Positions 1-9,130 are shown, numbered from the stretch's first letter. The stretch is DNA of 33,226 nucleotides from Alcaligenaceae bacterium UBA6179 (GCA_002422175.1 DITR01000134.1:13298-46523), one strand, 5' to 3'. The notes: generated by a model from the sequence alone, not told the origin. A program made the numbers and translations.

Positions 1-2
1 TA

Positions 3-761
3 GTCACTTCATCAACTAGCTTTGCTTTTTTTCCTTTAATAACTGACGATACCGGTACGCAAGGTACGGGCGGCAATCAGCTTGAATTTGATTATTTATT
101 TCAACGCGAAACAAATGGTAGTCTTGAAATTGGGGGTGTTTCGCTTGATGAAGAAAACACTACGGGTAATTTTTTGCTTTCGACTTATACCCGTGGCTTA
201 ACCGAAAACTTAGATATTTTCTTCGGCGCTTCAAGACAATTGTCGCAAATTAACGGCTGGAATAATACCGAAATTGGTCTAAAGTGGGTTTTTGCGGGTG
301 ATCAGTCTGAAGGTTGGAGCTTTGCTGCAGAACCTCGCATTATTTTGCCCGTTACAAAAAATATGCAAAATACAGGCTTGGGTTCTGCTCAAACGAATGG
401 TGGTTTAACGCTCATTAGCTCTTACCTAACCGACGGTGCTGAATTGCACTTTAATGCGAGCTATCTGAGCAACAGCACGTCTAATTCGAATGATAGTGAC
501 TCACAACGCACCCACCTATGGTCAATGTCTGCAGCACCTTTATGGGTCGTTAATAATCAATGGAAACTTGCACTTGATTTAGGCTTGCAAACAAACCCTG
601 ATAAAAACAGCCAATATATCGTCACAGCTGAAGTTGCAGCGGTTTACGCACCGACTAAAGATATTCAATTAGGGCTAGGTGTGATTTCCTTACCGGCTAT
701 TAACGGGCAACGTTGGAATAACAGTTTAATCGTTACAACGGGTGTGGCTTGGCAGTTTTAA
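3..761 (+). CDS. Outer-membrane beta-barrel, putative MetA-pathway/phenol-degradation 'transporter' family (5'-truncated)
   Basis: The frame of ORF 174..761 stays open back to the window edge and reads VTSSTSFAFFPLITDDTGTQGTGGNQLEFD; PLITDDTGTQG..GNQLE is typical of this family's mature N-terminus. Amphipathic beta strands; C-terminal ...GVAWQF ending in aromatic Phe. Confidence 0.7.
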   Translation, partial: VTSSTSFAFFPLITDDTGTQGTGGNQLEFDYLFQRETNGSLEIGGVSLDEENTTGNFLLSTYTRGLTENLDIFFGASRQLSQINGWNNTEIGLKWVFAGDQSEGWSFAAEPRIILPVTKNMQNTGLGSAQTNGGLTLISSYLTDGAELHFNASYLSNSTSNSNDSDSQRTHLWSMSAAPLWVVNNQWKLALDLGLQTNPDKNSQYIVTAEVAAVYAPTKDIQLGLGVISLPAINGQRWNNSLIVTTGVAWQF

Positions 762-912
762 TTGTTATTCATATTGGTTAATCATAGTTGTAAGGTGGGT
801 CAAAACCATCAGGGGTACGTTGCGGCAAAGGGTCGTACGCACAGCCACTGAGCGAAATACCAGACAATAAAAGCAAAGTCACACAAAAACGCTTTAATAA
901 TAAAAACATCAT

Positions 913-1830
913 TTAACCTTTAGAAGGTGTCGCAACAGGCTTAGATTGTCGCATCATTTTCTTAAAAGCTATGCACGGATCAGGCCTGTCAAAAGCAGGT
1001 AAGACAATGACCTCATCGTACGCTTGAAAATCAATACCATTTGGTTCAACAAAACCCATCACTGTCACATTAGGTAGCAATTCAGACGGCAACCAACGGT
1101 AAACACCCACATCTCTTTGTACGTGACCATTGCCTGCAATCAGAACAACGCCCTGAGATGCATACTGAACGATCAAATGGGCTAACCAAGCATCGCGTGC
1201 CCTTTGAGCTTGCACCATAGGCGCCACCATCGCCTGAGGTAAAACACCACAATGACCCTCAACGATTGACAGTGTTTGCTGTGCCGTCATACTGTCAGGC
1301 CAGCTCCGCAACAACCCAAGCTGCTTTTGCGTGTCTGCATCAAACACTGCGTCATAACTGCCCCGCATTATTTTAGACGCGTCTTGTCGTGATACGTTAC
1401 CGGCAACAAGCGGCAATCGGTACTGCAAAGCTAAATTAATCAACGGTTCATATAAAGACCAATTCCAACCCTCACGGCCGGCTTTTTTAATCACACAAGC
1501 TGCATCGGGGCAAGTTTGCCATGCACTTGTTAAATCTTCTTGGCGCTCTCGATCAAACTGTTCCATGATGATGGCAGGTCGCCACCCGGCCCCAATATCT
1601 TGCTTTAACCGTGCTAAACGCGCTTCATGAATAGCAAGATTGTCGTGCACCTCACCCATTAAATAAATCGATGGTTGTGTGCGCTGAATAGGCTGCATGG
1701 CCTGCACAGCTAAACTTGAACTCAATAAAGTTAGAACGCTAGTCACAAATATACTGAATAAATTTTTCGAAGGGGCCTTACTATTTTTTACATCAGTACG
1801 ATAACGATGCATATTCAAAGTAACCCCCAA
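913..1830 (-). CDS. ChaN/PhuW-family protein (Tiki/EreA superfamily, haem/iron uptake associated), secreted; start uncertain (ATG at 1812 is plausible)
   Basis: Motifs MGEVHDN..H, IIMEQFD, W.W..Y.PL, HCG, AQRARD..LA, LIAGNGHV; hydrophobic signal segment ending LAVQA. Confidence 0.8.
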   Translation of the reverse strand: MGVTLNMHRYRTDVKNSKAPSKNLFSIFVTSVLTLLSSSLAVQAMQPIQRTQPSIYLMGEVHDNLAIHEARLARLKQDIGAGWRPAIIMEQFDRERQEDLTSAWQTCPDAACVIKKAGREGWNWSLYEPLINLALQYRLPLVAGNVSRQDASKIMRGSYDAVFDADTQKQLGLLRSWPDSMTAQQTLSIVEGHCGVLPQAMVAPMVQAQRARDAWLAHLIVQYASQGVVLIAGNGHVQRDVGVYRWLPSELLPNVTVMGFVEPNGIDFQAYDEVIVLPAFDRPDPCIAFKKMMRQSKPVATPSKG

Positions 1831-1861
1831 ATTATAAAAATATTCAATCTAACTTAAGCTT

Positions 1862-2902
1862 TTATCTTGTGACAATTTTCTGAGCAAACTGCCAACCCAT
1901 TTCAGCTAAGGGTTCAGCTTTAGATGCCATATCGATCGCATCGGCTGAAGCGGCATTCCCTTGGCGCACACGTTGGCCAATACCATGCAAAATAGCTGAA
2001 ATTCTAAAAAAGTTGTACGCCATATAAAAATTCCAATGGGTTTTAACATCTTTAAAACCTGTTCGCTGAACATACAAATCTACGTATTCAGCTTCAGTGG
2101 GTATACCCAACGCTTTAAGATCAAGCCCACCAATACCACGCCATAAGCGGGGGGGTATGTGCCAACTCATACAGTGATAAGCAAAATCAGCCACAGGATG
2201 CCCAAGTGTTGATAATTCCCAATCTAAAACGCCAATAACCCGAGGCAAATTAGGGTCAAGCATCAGGTTATCTAAACGAAAATCGCCGTGCACAATACTG
2301 TGCAATTCACCCGGTGGAATATGTTGTGGCAGTATTTCAATCAGTGACTCTAGTGCAGGGATACGTTGACCTGGGTCAGCCAGGTATTGTCTTGACCAGC
2401 GTGCAATTTGCCGTTCAAAATAATTACCAGGGCGACCGTAGTCACCCAAACCAATTGACTCAGCGTCGACGCTGTGAAGTGTTGCAATCACCCGATTCAT
2501 GTCGTTGTATAGCGAAGTACGATCGGCTACTGTAAAGTCAGGTAATGTTTGGTCGTATCTTATACGACCCTCTAAAAAAGCCATCACATAAAAAGGTGTA
2601 CCCAAAATATCATTTTTTTCATACAAAAAACTCATTTCAGGAACAGGTACATTTGTTTTTTTCAGCGCTTGCATGACTCGGTATTCGCGTTCAATGGCAT
2701 GGGCTGAAGGCATTAATGGGCCATCAGGTTTCTTTCGCAATATAAATTGATGCTCACCCGCCACAATTTTATAGGTGGGGTTAGACTGACCACCCGACAA
2801 CGCTTGAATTTCAATTGAGTCGCTATGTATTAAACGATGCGCCAGCATGAGCGCTGCAATACGGTCTGTCGTGGTTTGATCAAATGCTAAGCTTGGTTTC
2901 AT
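1862..2902 (-). CDS. APH-family phosphotransferase resembling the ACAD10/ACAD11 kinase domain
   Basis: GGQSNPTY, LRKKP.G.L.PSAHAIEREYRV, GRPGNYFERQIARW, HGDFRLDN catalytic loop, LDWELSTLGHP; 4-nt overlap with the SDR stop. Confidence 0.88.
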   Translation of the reverse strand: MKPSLAFDQTTTDRIAALMLAHRLIHSDSIEIQALSGGQSNPTYKIVAGEHQFILRKKPDGPLMPSAHAIEREYRVMQALKKTNVPVPEMSFLYEKNDILGTPFYVMAFLEGRIRYDQTLPDFTVADRTSLYNDMNRVIATLHSVDAESIGLGDYGRPGNYFERQIARWSRQYLADPGQRIPALESLIEILPQHIPPGELHSIVHGDFRLDNLMLDPNLPRVIGVLDWELSTLGHPVADFAYHCMSWHIPPRLWRGIGGLDLKALGIPTEAEYVDLYVQRTGFKDVKTHWNFYMAYNFFRISAILHGIGQRVRQGNAASADAIDMASKAEPLAEMGWQFAQKIVTR

Positions 2903-3681
2903 AGGCTGCTCACCAAATGGCTACGATCAACTTCCAAGGTTGAACCTGACATCGCAGAGCCAGCCTCTGATGCCAGCAGCAAGAAAGGGCCTGACAAGTC
3001 TTGTAGCTCGCCAAACTGCCGACTGGGAATTTTTTGTTGTAACTTAAGACCTAATGGGCTGCCCAAAAATTCACTGTTTAACTCGGTGCGAACGTAACCG
3101 GGCAACAAGGCATTGACGCGAATACCATAGCGCGCCCACTCAAGTGCCATCACTTTTGTGGCCTGTATGACACCTGCTTTGGAAATGGCGTACGGGCCCA
3201 CACTGGCTGCCACACGCTCGCCTAATATCGATGCAATATTAATGATGCAACCTGACTTTTGGGCGGCGATTAAACGTCTTGCCGCCTCGGTTGCAACCAA
3301 CCAACAACCTTTTAAATTGGTGTCAATCACTTGATTCCAATCTTGAACAGTTTGATCTATGGCGGCCTTTGTGACCGTCACACCCGCATTGTTCACCACA
3401 ATATTTGGAACACCAAACGCCTGTGCTGCTTGCTCAAAACACTCGGCAATACTGTGTTCATCTGTGACATCAATTGGCACTGCGACAGCGTGCTGACCTT
3501 TTGCTTTAATATTTTCAACCAGTTGATTAATACGATCGTTGCGTCGAGCCGTGACAACAACGCGTGCACCCGCCTCGGCTAAAACCGTTGCAAAGTGCAT
3601 GCCTAAGCCACTTGATGCACCGGTTACCAACGCGACTTGGCCTTCAAGGCTGAAACAATCAATCAGTTTCTTTTGATTCAT
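2899..3681 (-). CDS. Short-chain dehydrogenase/reductase (LvaD-like acyl-CoA reductase)
   Basis: TGASSGLG Rossmann motif, NNAG, Ser plus YAISK catalytic motif, IRVNAL.PGY; 4-nt overlap with the ACAD stop. Confidence 0.9.
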   Translation of the reverse strand: MNQKKLIDCFSLEGQVALVTGASSGLGMHFATVLAEAGARVVVTARRNDRINQLVENIKAKGQHAVAVPIDVTDEHSIAECFEQAAQAFGVPNIVVNNAGVTVTKAAIDQTVQDWNQVIDTNLKGCWLVATEAARRLIAAQKSGCIINIASILGERVAASVGPYAISKAGVIQATKVMALEWARYGIRVNALLPGYVRTELNSEFLGSPLGLKLQQKIPSRQFGELQDLSGPFLLLASEAGSAMSGSTLEVDRSHLVSSL

Positions 3682-4856
3682 TTTGCGACCTGAGGCGCGG
3701 CCGCTTTAAGCAGTTTGCGGGCCATGCTCCAGCGGTGAACTTCGCTGGGGCCATCGTAAACTCTGAAAGATCGCATATCCATAAAAATACGCATGACTTC
3801 GGTTTCACCCGTTACGCCTTGACCACCGAGTATCTGTGCACAACGATCAACCACGCGCCATTCGGCTTCAGAACACACTACTTTGGCACGGCTTGACTCA
3901 AAATTGCAGGTTTGCCCCTGATCAAGCAACCATGCGGTATGCCAAATATGTAAACGCGCCGTTTGCATATCAATTTCGTTATCAGCCAACATAAACCCAA
4001 CACCTTCATGTTGGCCCAGTGTTTGACCAAAGGCTTGCCGTGTTGCGGCATAGGCTGTGGCCACATCATTTGCACGTCGGGCTTGCCCTAACCAGCGCAT
4101 GCAATGCGTTAACCGTGCGGGGGCGAGACGAATCTGAGCATATTTAAAACCCTTACCGACTTCACCCAAAACTTGATCGGCTGTCACCCGCAATTGATTG
4201 AAACGCATCACGGCGTGCCCACCTGTGAAGCAGGTGTCCATCGAATCCATATGGCGGACCAATTCTATGCCAGGCGCTGACATGTCAGATAAAAACATGG
4301 TGGCGGTGCCATCTTCCATTGCAGCCATGATGATGACATAAGTGGCGCCGTAGGCGCCTGTAATAAACCATTTCTCACCGGTAATAACATAGTCATTGCC
4401 ATCACGCACAGCGAGCGTCTTGAGCATTGATGGATCAGCGCCGGCACCGGGTGCAGGCTCTGTCATGGCAAAACAAGAACGTGTTAAACCTTGCACTTGT
4501 GGCACGAGCCAACGGGCCTTTTGGGCGGCATTAGCCACCACTTCCATCAAATGAATATTCCCCTCATCTGGCGCATGTATATTGAGCGCAGTTGGGCCGA
4601 GTCTTGAGTAGCCCGCCTCTTCGAACACAATCGCTTTATCGACATGACTCAAACCTAAACCACCCAGTTCTTTAGAGGCGTGAGGAGTCAGTAGACCCGC
4701 CTCGCGTGCCAAACCAACAAGGTGTTGACGTAACGACTCTTCAGGACCATGGGGGCCTAATCGCGGGTCGTTTTCAAGAGGAATGACATGTTCAGCAATA
4801 AATGCACGCGTGCGCGCTTGAAGCGTTTGCTGAGTGGGGGTGAGTTCAAAGTTCAT
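3678..4856 (-). CDS. Acyl-CoA dehydrogenase family protein (LvaC/ACAD11-like, Asp at the usual catalytic Glu position)
   Basis: APDEGN, CFAMTEP, GEKWFITG, AQIRLAPARLTHCMR, R.AFG, QILGGQG, RVYDGPSEVH. Confidence 0.9.
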   Translation of the reverse strand: MNFELTPTQQTLQARTRAFIAEHVIPLENDPRLGPHGPEESLRQHLVGLAREAGLLTPHASKELGGLGLSHVDKAIVFEEAGYSRLGPTALNIHAPDEGNIHLMEVVANAAQKARWLVPQVQGLTRSCFAMTEPAPGAGADPSMLKTLAVRDGNDYVITGEKWFITGAYGATYVIIMAAMEDGTATMFLSDMSAPGIELVRHMDSMDTCFTGGHAVMRFNQLRVTADQVLGEVGKGFKYAQIRLAPARLTHCMRWLGQARRANDVATAYAATRQAFGQTLGQHEGVGFMLADNEIDMQTARLHIWHTAWLLDQGQTCNFESSRAKVVCSEAEWRVVDRCAQILGGQGVTGETEVMRIFMDMRSFRVYDGPSEVHRWSMARKLLKAAAPQVAK

Positions 4857-4942
4857 TGATTATCTTTCCTGTTCATGGCCTAAACGATATCAGACCAAGC
4901 AAGCGGGGTTAGCTAAAAGGTGCCTGCAAACCCCATGATTTA

Positions 4943-5350
4943 TTAATCTTTAGGTTGCTCTTTAAAAACTTGTTGTGCAATTTTAAATGCTTCAAGTGCT
5001 GCGGGTGCGCCACAATAAACCCCACATTGCAAAAAAATCTCGCACATTTCTTCTTGGGTTACGCCGTTATTTATGGCGCCCTGAATGTGTAGTTTCAATT
5101 CATGTGGGCGGTTAATCGCTGCCAACATGGCTAAGTTCAACATGCTACGCGTTTTAAGGGTCAACCCCTCACGCACCCAAACCGCCCCCCAAGCATGTTC
5201 AGCTAAAAACTGCTGTAGTGGCCGCATAAAATCGTCGGCGTTTTCAATAGATTTATTGACATACTCTTCGCCCATAACTTTTTTACGTACAGCTAAACCG
5301 GCAAGGTAAGCTGGGTTTTCGTCCATTTTACTAGCACCTGATTTACTCAT
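4943..5350 (-). CDS. Carboxymuconolactone decarboxylase (CMD/AhpD-like) family protein, PcaC-like
   Basis: GLAVRKKVMGEEYV, AWGAVWVREGL...TRS, ELKLHIQGAINNGVT.EE..E..LQ..VYCGAPA; AGGGG Shine-Dalgarno upstream on the minus strand. Confidence 0.88.
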   Translation of the reverse strand: MSKSGASKMDENPAYLAGLAVRKKVMGEEYVNKSIENADDFMRPLQQFLAEHAWGAVWVREGLTLKTRSMLNLAMLAAINRPHELKLHIQGAINNGVTQEEMCEIFLQCGVYCGAPAALEAFKIAQQVFKEQPKD

Positions 5351-5513
5351 TTTTAAACCCCTAAGTATTTAATCAATATACTGCAAGCTACACTAACCAT
5401 TAGGCCTTACCAACTACTTATGTTAGCGTAACGCTCATAATATCTTTACGATAAATGACCCAGCATACAAAGGTAAGCTGATTCCGCAACACTCTTTTTA
5501 AAGCCAAACCGCC

Positions 5514-6059
5514 ATGGCGCTTCGTGCCACCATTTACAAAGTCGAATTAAACGTCGCTGACATGAATCGTCACCACTATGCCACCTACCCGCTCACTGTG
5601 GCGCGCCATCCCTCTGAAACCGATGAACGCATGATGGTTCGGGTTTTAGCCTTTGCTCTGAATGCTCATGAAGATTTAAACTTTACAAAGGGTATTAGTG
5701 ATGCTGAAGAGCCTGATTTATGGCAAAAAGATCTCACCGGAGCAATTAAGTGCTGGGTTGAGGTGGGTCAACCTGAAGATAAACGCTTACTTAAAGGTTC
5801 GGGTAAGTCTGACCAAGTTAAAGTGTATTGCTTCGGCGGCGCAGCTAGTCGTATATGGTGGGAAGGTATGCGATCAACGCTAGCTCGGTCAAACAAGTTT
5901 GAAGTTTTTAGTTTCGACCCCGTTCAAACCAAAAGTTTAGCCAAAGTCGTGAACCGAAATATGGTTGTGCACGTCACAATTGAAGACTCAACCCTGACTG
6001 TCATTGCTGACGATCAAACTTTTACAATAGGTGTCGAACCATGGACATTAAAAAATTGA
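5514..6059 (+). CDS. yaeQ: YaeQ family protein
   Basis: MALRATIYK, ARHPSETDERMMVRVLAFAL, FTKG.S..EEPDLWQKDLTG....WVEVGQP; 181 aa. Confidence 0.95.
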   Translation: MALRATIYKVELNVADMNRHHYATYPLTVARHPSETDERMMVRVLAFALNAHEDLNFTKGISDAEEPDLWQKDLTGAIKCWVEVGQPEDKRLLKGSGKSDQVKVYCFGGAASRIWWEGMRSTLARSNKFEVFSFDPVQTKSLAKVVNRNMVVHVTIEDSTLTVIADDQTFTIGVEPWTLKN

Positions 6060-7501
6060 CGGTAAAGCCGCTTACATTTAAGTCGTTGACAATCGATTCA
6101 CTGACATGTCAATTTGATAGGTTATCTTCCTCACTCAATCTCACTTTTCGTCACGTCGGTTTCTTTTGCATGCTGTTTTGCTTAAGCCTCGGTGCTTCAA
6201 TAAGCCATGCTCAGTTATCGCAACCCAGCACCCCTATTGTGTTTGTAGCCAAAATAGACGGTACCATTGACTTAGGTTTGGCCCCTTATGTTGAGCGTGT
6301 TTTAAAAGAAGCCCAAGCCGCACAGGCCAGTGCTGTTATTTTACAAATCAACACCTTTGGCGGCCGTGTTGATGCGGCCGTTGTTATTCGTGACGCGATA
6401 CTCAAGAGCCCCTTAAAAACAATAGCCTTTGTCGACTCGCGCGCCATTTCTGCTGGTGCATTAATTAGCTTAGCTGCCACTCAAATCGCCATGACACCGG
6501 GTGCAACAATCGGTGCAGCCACACCGGTTCAAATGAGTTCAGCAGGGCAAAGCACCCAACCTGTTTCTGAAAAAACAGTTTCATATATTCGTAAAGAGTT
6601 TGCTGCGACAGCGCAAGCCCGTGGCAAACCGTCTATCATCGCCGAAGCGATGGTTGATACCGATGTTGAAATTAAAGGGTTATCTGAAAAAGGCAAACTT
6701 TTAACACTCACCACACAAGAAGCCTTGCAAGTCGGGATTGCCAATTACGAAGCCCCATCAATCAATGCTTTATTAGGTTTGCTGAACCTAACCAACGCAC
6801 AAATTCAACAACCGAGTGTTAATTGGGCCGAAGAAATTGTTCGCTTTTTAACAAACCCCATAGTTAGCTCCTTACTCGTCTCGTTAGCGATGCTCGGCAT
6901 CATTCTTGAAATACGCACCCCTGGGTTTGGCATACCGGGGGCTGTAGGGTTGTCGTGCTTGGGTCTCTTTTTGTATGGGCATAGTATTGTAGATCTGGTT
7001 GGGCTTGAGGAAATTTTACTTGTACTCACGGGTGTTATTCTTTTAGTGATTGAACTGTTTGTCATTCCAGGCTTTGGTCTCTTCGGTTTGTTAGGCATTG
7101 CCACATTAGGTGCTGCGCTGGTTATGAGCGTTGTTGGTTCTGGCGCCACTGTTGAGACGATTTTGTTTGCTGTGGCTCAAATGGGCTTTTCACTTGCTCT
7201 TGCCATATTGGTTAGTTTCTTGTTTTTTAAGTTCTTGCCCAGAATGCCATTTGGCCGTGCATTTGTTCTCGACACACAACTTGGTGGTCAATCTGGGTTT
7301 TTAACGGAACCTTCTAACGATCACATACTCTTAAATAAGATAGGTGTGGCTCACTCAGTGCTCAGACCTGCGGGTATTGCTGAAATAGAGGGTCATCGTG
7401 TTGATGTTATTTCTGAGGGCGATTTTATTGAAGCAGGCGCCCCTATTAAAGTTGTACGCGTTGACGGCAACCGTGTTGTTGTTGACATTATTCATTCATA
7501 A
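6041..7501 (+). CDS. nfeD: Long-form NfeD protein (YqeZ-like): ClpP-class serine protease domain, multi-TM region, C-terminal OB fold; start uncertain
   Basis: INTFGG, AISAGALI (Ser), IGAATPV, EK (Lys of the dyad), MVD, GKLLTLT..EA, EIRTPGFGIPG, E.FVIPGFG, LRPAG....G.RVDVISEG.FI. Confidence 0.92.
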   Translation: MDIKKLTVKPLTFKSLTIDSLTCQFDRLSSSLNLTFRHVGFFCMLFCLSLGASISHAQLSQPSTPIVFVAKIDGTIDLGLAPYVERVLKEAQAAQASAVILQINTFGGRVDAAVVIRDAILKSPLKTIAFVDSRAISAGALISLAATQIAMTPGATIGAATPVQMSSAGQSTQPVSEKTVSYIRKEFAATAQARGKPSIIAEAMVDTDVEIKGLSEKGKLLTLTTQEALQVGIANYEAPSINALLGLLNLTNAQIQQPSVNWAEEIVRFLTNPIVSSLLVSLAMLGIILEIRTPGFGIPGAVGLSCLGLFLYGHSIVDLVGLEEILLVLTGVILLVIELFVIPGFGLFGLLGIATLGAALVMSVVGSGATVETILFAVAQMGFSLALAILVSFLFFKFLPRMPFGRAFVLDTQLGGQSGFLTEPSNDHILLNKIGVAHSVLRPAGIAEIEGHRVDVISEGDFIEAGAPIKVVRVDGNRVVVDIIHS

Positions 7502-7517
7502 AAAGGAATCTTAATAA

Positions 7518-8501
7518 ATGATCGAATCTATTGTTGCCCTGATTGGTGCGTTTGGCATTTTGATTCCCATTCTTATCGCAATTGTCATCATTTTGTATCT
7601 AGTCCCCATTCCACTATGGGTTGCAGCATGGGCTTCAGGTGCTTATGTCGGTTTAACCACCCTCATTGCCATGCGTTTACGTCGTGTGCCGCCGCATACA
7701 ATCGTTACAGCACGTATTAGTGCCGCAAAAGCAGGTTTGCACATCACCCTCAACGAACTTGAAGCACACTTTCTGGCTGGTGGTAATGTTGTGCGGGTGG
7801 TCAACGCTATGATTTCTGCTGACAAAGCCAATATTCCTCTCGATTTTAAGCGCGCCTCGGCGATCGACTTAGCTGGGCGTGACGTACTTGAAGCCGTTCA
7901 AATGTCTGTGTTGCCTAAAGTAATTACCACCCCACGTATTGTTGCTGTGGCCAAAGATGGTATTCAATTAGTTTGTGTTTCACGCGTAACCGTTCGCACC
8001 AATATTGACCGTTTGGTCGGTGGTGCAGGTGAAGAAACCATCATCGCCCGTGTGGGTGAAGGTATGGTGAGCACGATTGGTTCTGCTGCCAATCATAAAA
8101 GTGTGCTTGAAAACCCTGATCACATTTCAAAGCATATTTTAAGTAAAGGCTTAGATGCCGGTACAGCCTATGAAATCTTATCAATTGATATTGCTGACGT
8201 TGATGTCGGTGAAAATATTGGTGCAAAACTGCAAATTGACCAAGCCAATGCTGACAAACAAATTGCACAAGCCAAAGCAGAAGAACGCCGCGCTATGGCC
8301 GTTGCACTCGAGCAAGAAATGCGGGCACGGGTGGTAGAAGCAGAAGCAGAAGTGCCACGCGCGATGGCTGATGCCTTTAGACAAGGCAACTTAGGCATTA
8401 TGGACTACTACCGCATGCAAAATATGAAGTCAGATACCGACATGCGTGAAACCATTGCAGGCAAAACGTCAGCGCCTAATGATGGCAAGCCTGCCGCATG
8501 A
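7518..8501 (+). CDS. floA: Flotillin-like protein FloA (YqfA/UPF0365)
   Basis: [98 protein letters not shown]; AAGGA SD upstream. Confidence 0.95.
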   Translation: MIESIVALIGAFGILIPILIAIVIILYLVPIPLWVAAWASGAYVGLTTLIAMRLRRVPPHTIVTARISAAKAGLHITLNELEAHFLAGGNVVRVVNAMISADKANIPLDFKRASAIDLAGRDVLEAVQMSVLPKVITTPRIVAVAKDGIQLVCVSRVTVRTNIDRLVGGAGEETIIARVGEGMVSTIGSAANHKSVLENPDHISKHILSKGLDAGTAYEILSIDIADVDVGENIGAKLQIDQANADKQIAQAKAEERRAMAVALEQEMRARVVEAEAEVPRAMADAFRQGNLGIMDYYRMQNMKSDTDMRETIAGKTSAPNDGKPAA

Positions 8502-9130
8502 TGTGGCCCAAATCTTTGAATAAAAGCCAATCTTTAGGGGCGACTGGGGCGGTCGCCAAAAAGAAAGGTTTGTCTTTTTCGCCATTAATGGTCGTGGCGC
8601 TGGCTGCGTTTATTCATTTGTTTCTTGGCTTTTCATTGGTGGTTTCAGTGATTTTGGCGGTGATCATTTCTATGGGAATGATCGTACGCAATGCCATGAA
8701 ACAACAGTCAAACTTACCGCCTCTACCGCCCAAAGAAGGGGGTGAAGCGGCGTTTGAACCAATCGCCGGCTTACCTGCACCTAATCATAGTGGTCAACCT
8801 CAATCGATTCAAAGAACCCAAAGGGCCGGCGAAGGCTTGCCTGATTTACTTGAGTCGAATGATTGGGGTCGCGATGCGCCCGAGCCAATCGAGGCCAAAC
8901 AAAACGATCTACCCCCAAAGTATGACCGAAGACCTATTGAGCGCTTAAGCCAGTCTATGCCTAAGCGAAATACACCTAGACCGAGCCTCGTTTTACATGC
9001 ACTTACGCCTAACTATGGTCGTAAAACGATTGAGATCCCCAACTTACAAAACCCACAAACCTTAAATCAGTCGATTATCGCAATGACAATTTTAGGTCCT
9101 TGTAAAGCAAATGAAAAAAACAGTTCTTGA
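8498..9130 (+). CDS. Membrane-anchored hypothetical protein, probable YqfB counterpart
   Basis: ATGA overlap with floA. N-terminal TM segment, Pro/Gln-rich low-complexity middle, and C-terminal [16 protein letters not shown] resembling the YqfB-type 'Q.II..EILGPP.A' tail as I recall it. Confidence 0.6.
   Translation: MMWPKSLNKSQSLGATGAVAKKKGLSFSPLMVVALAAFIHLFLGFSLVVSVILAVIISMGMIVRNAMKQQSNLPPLPPKEGGEAAFEPIAGLPAPNHSGQPQSIQRTQRAGEGLPDLLESNDWGRDAPEPIEAKQNDLPPKYDRRPIERLSQSMPKRNTPRPSLVLHALTPNYGRKTIEIPNLQNPQTLNQSIIAMTILGPCKANEKNSS

Noticed and set aside
1862-2902. Aminoglycoside resistance gene
   Set aside because: APH fold only; motifs and operon context point to acyl-CoA metabolism.
2899-2940. 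SDR inactivation because the C-terminal VDGG motif reads VDRS
   Set aside because: Rossmann and YxxxK motifs are intact and the length is normal; insufficient for a pseudogene call.
5355-5364. Additional ACCCCTA/TAGGG motif copies at 5355 and 16268
   Set aside because: They coincide with the Shine-Dalgarno sequences of the CMD gene and coxG.
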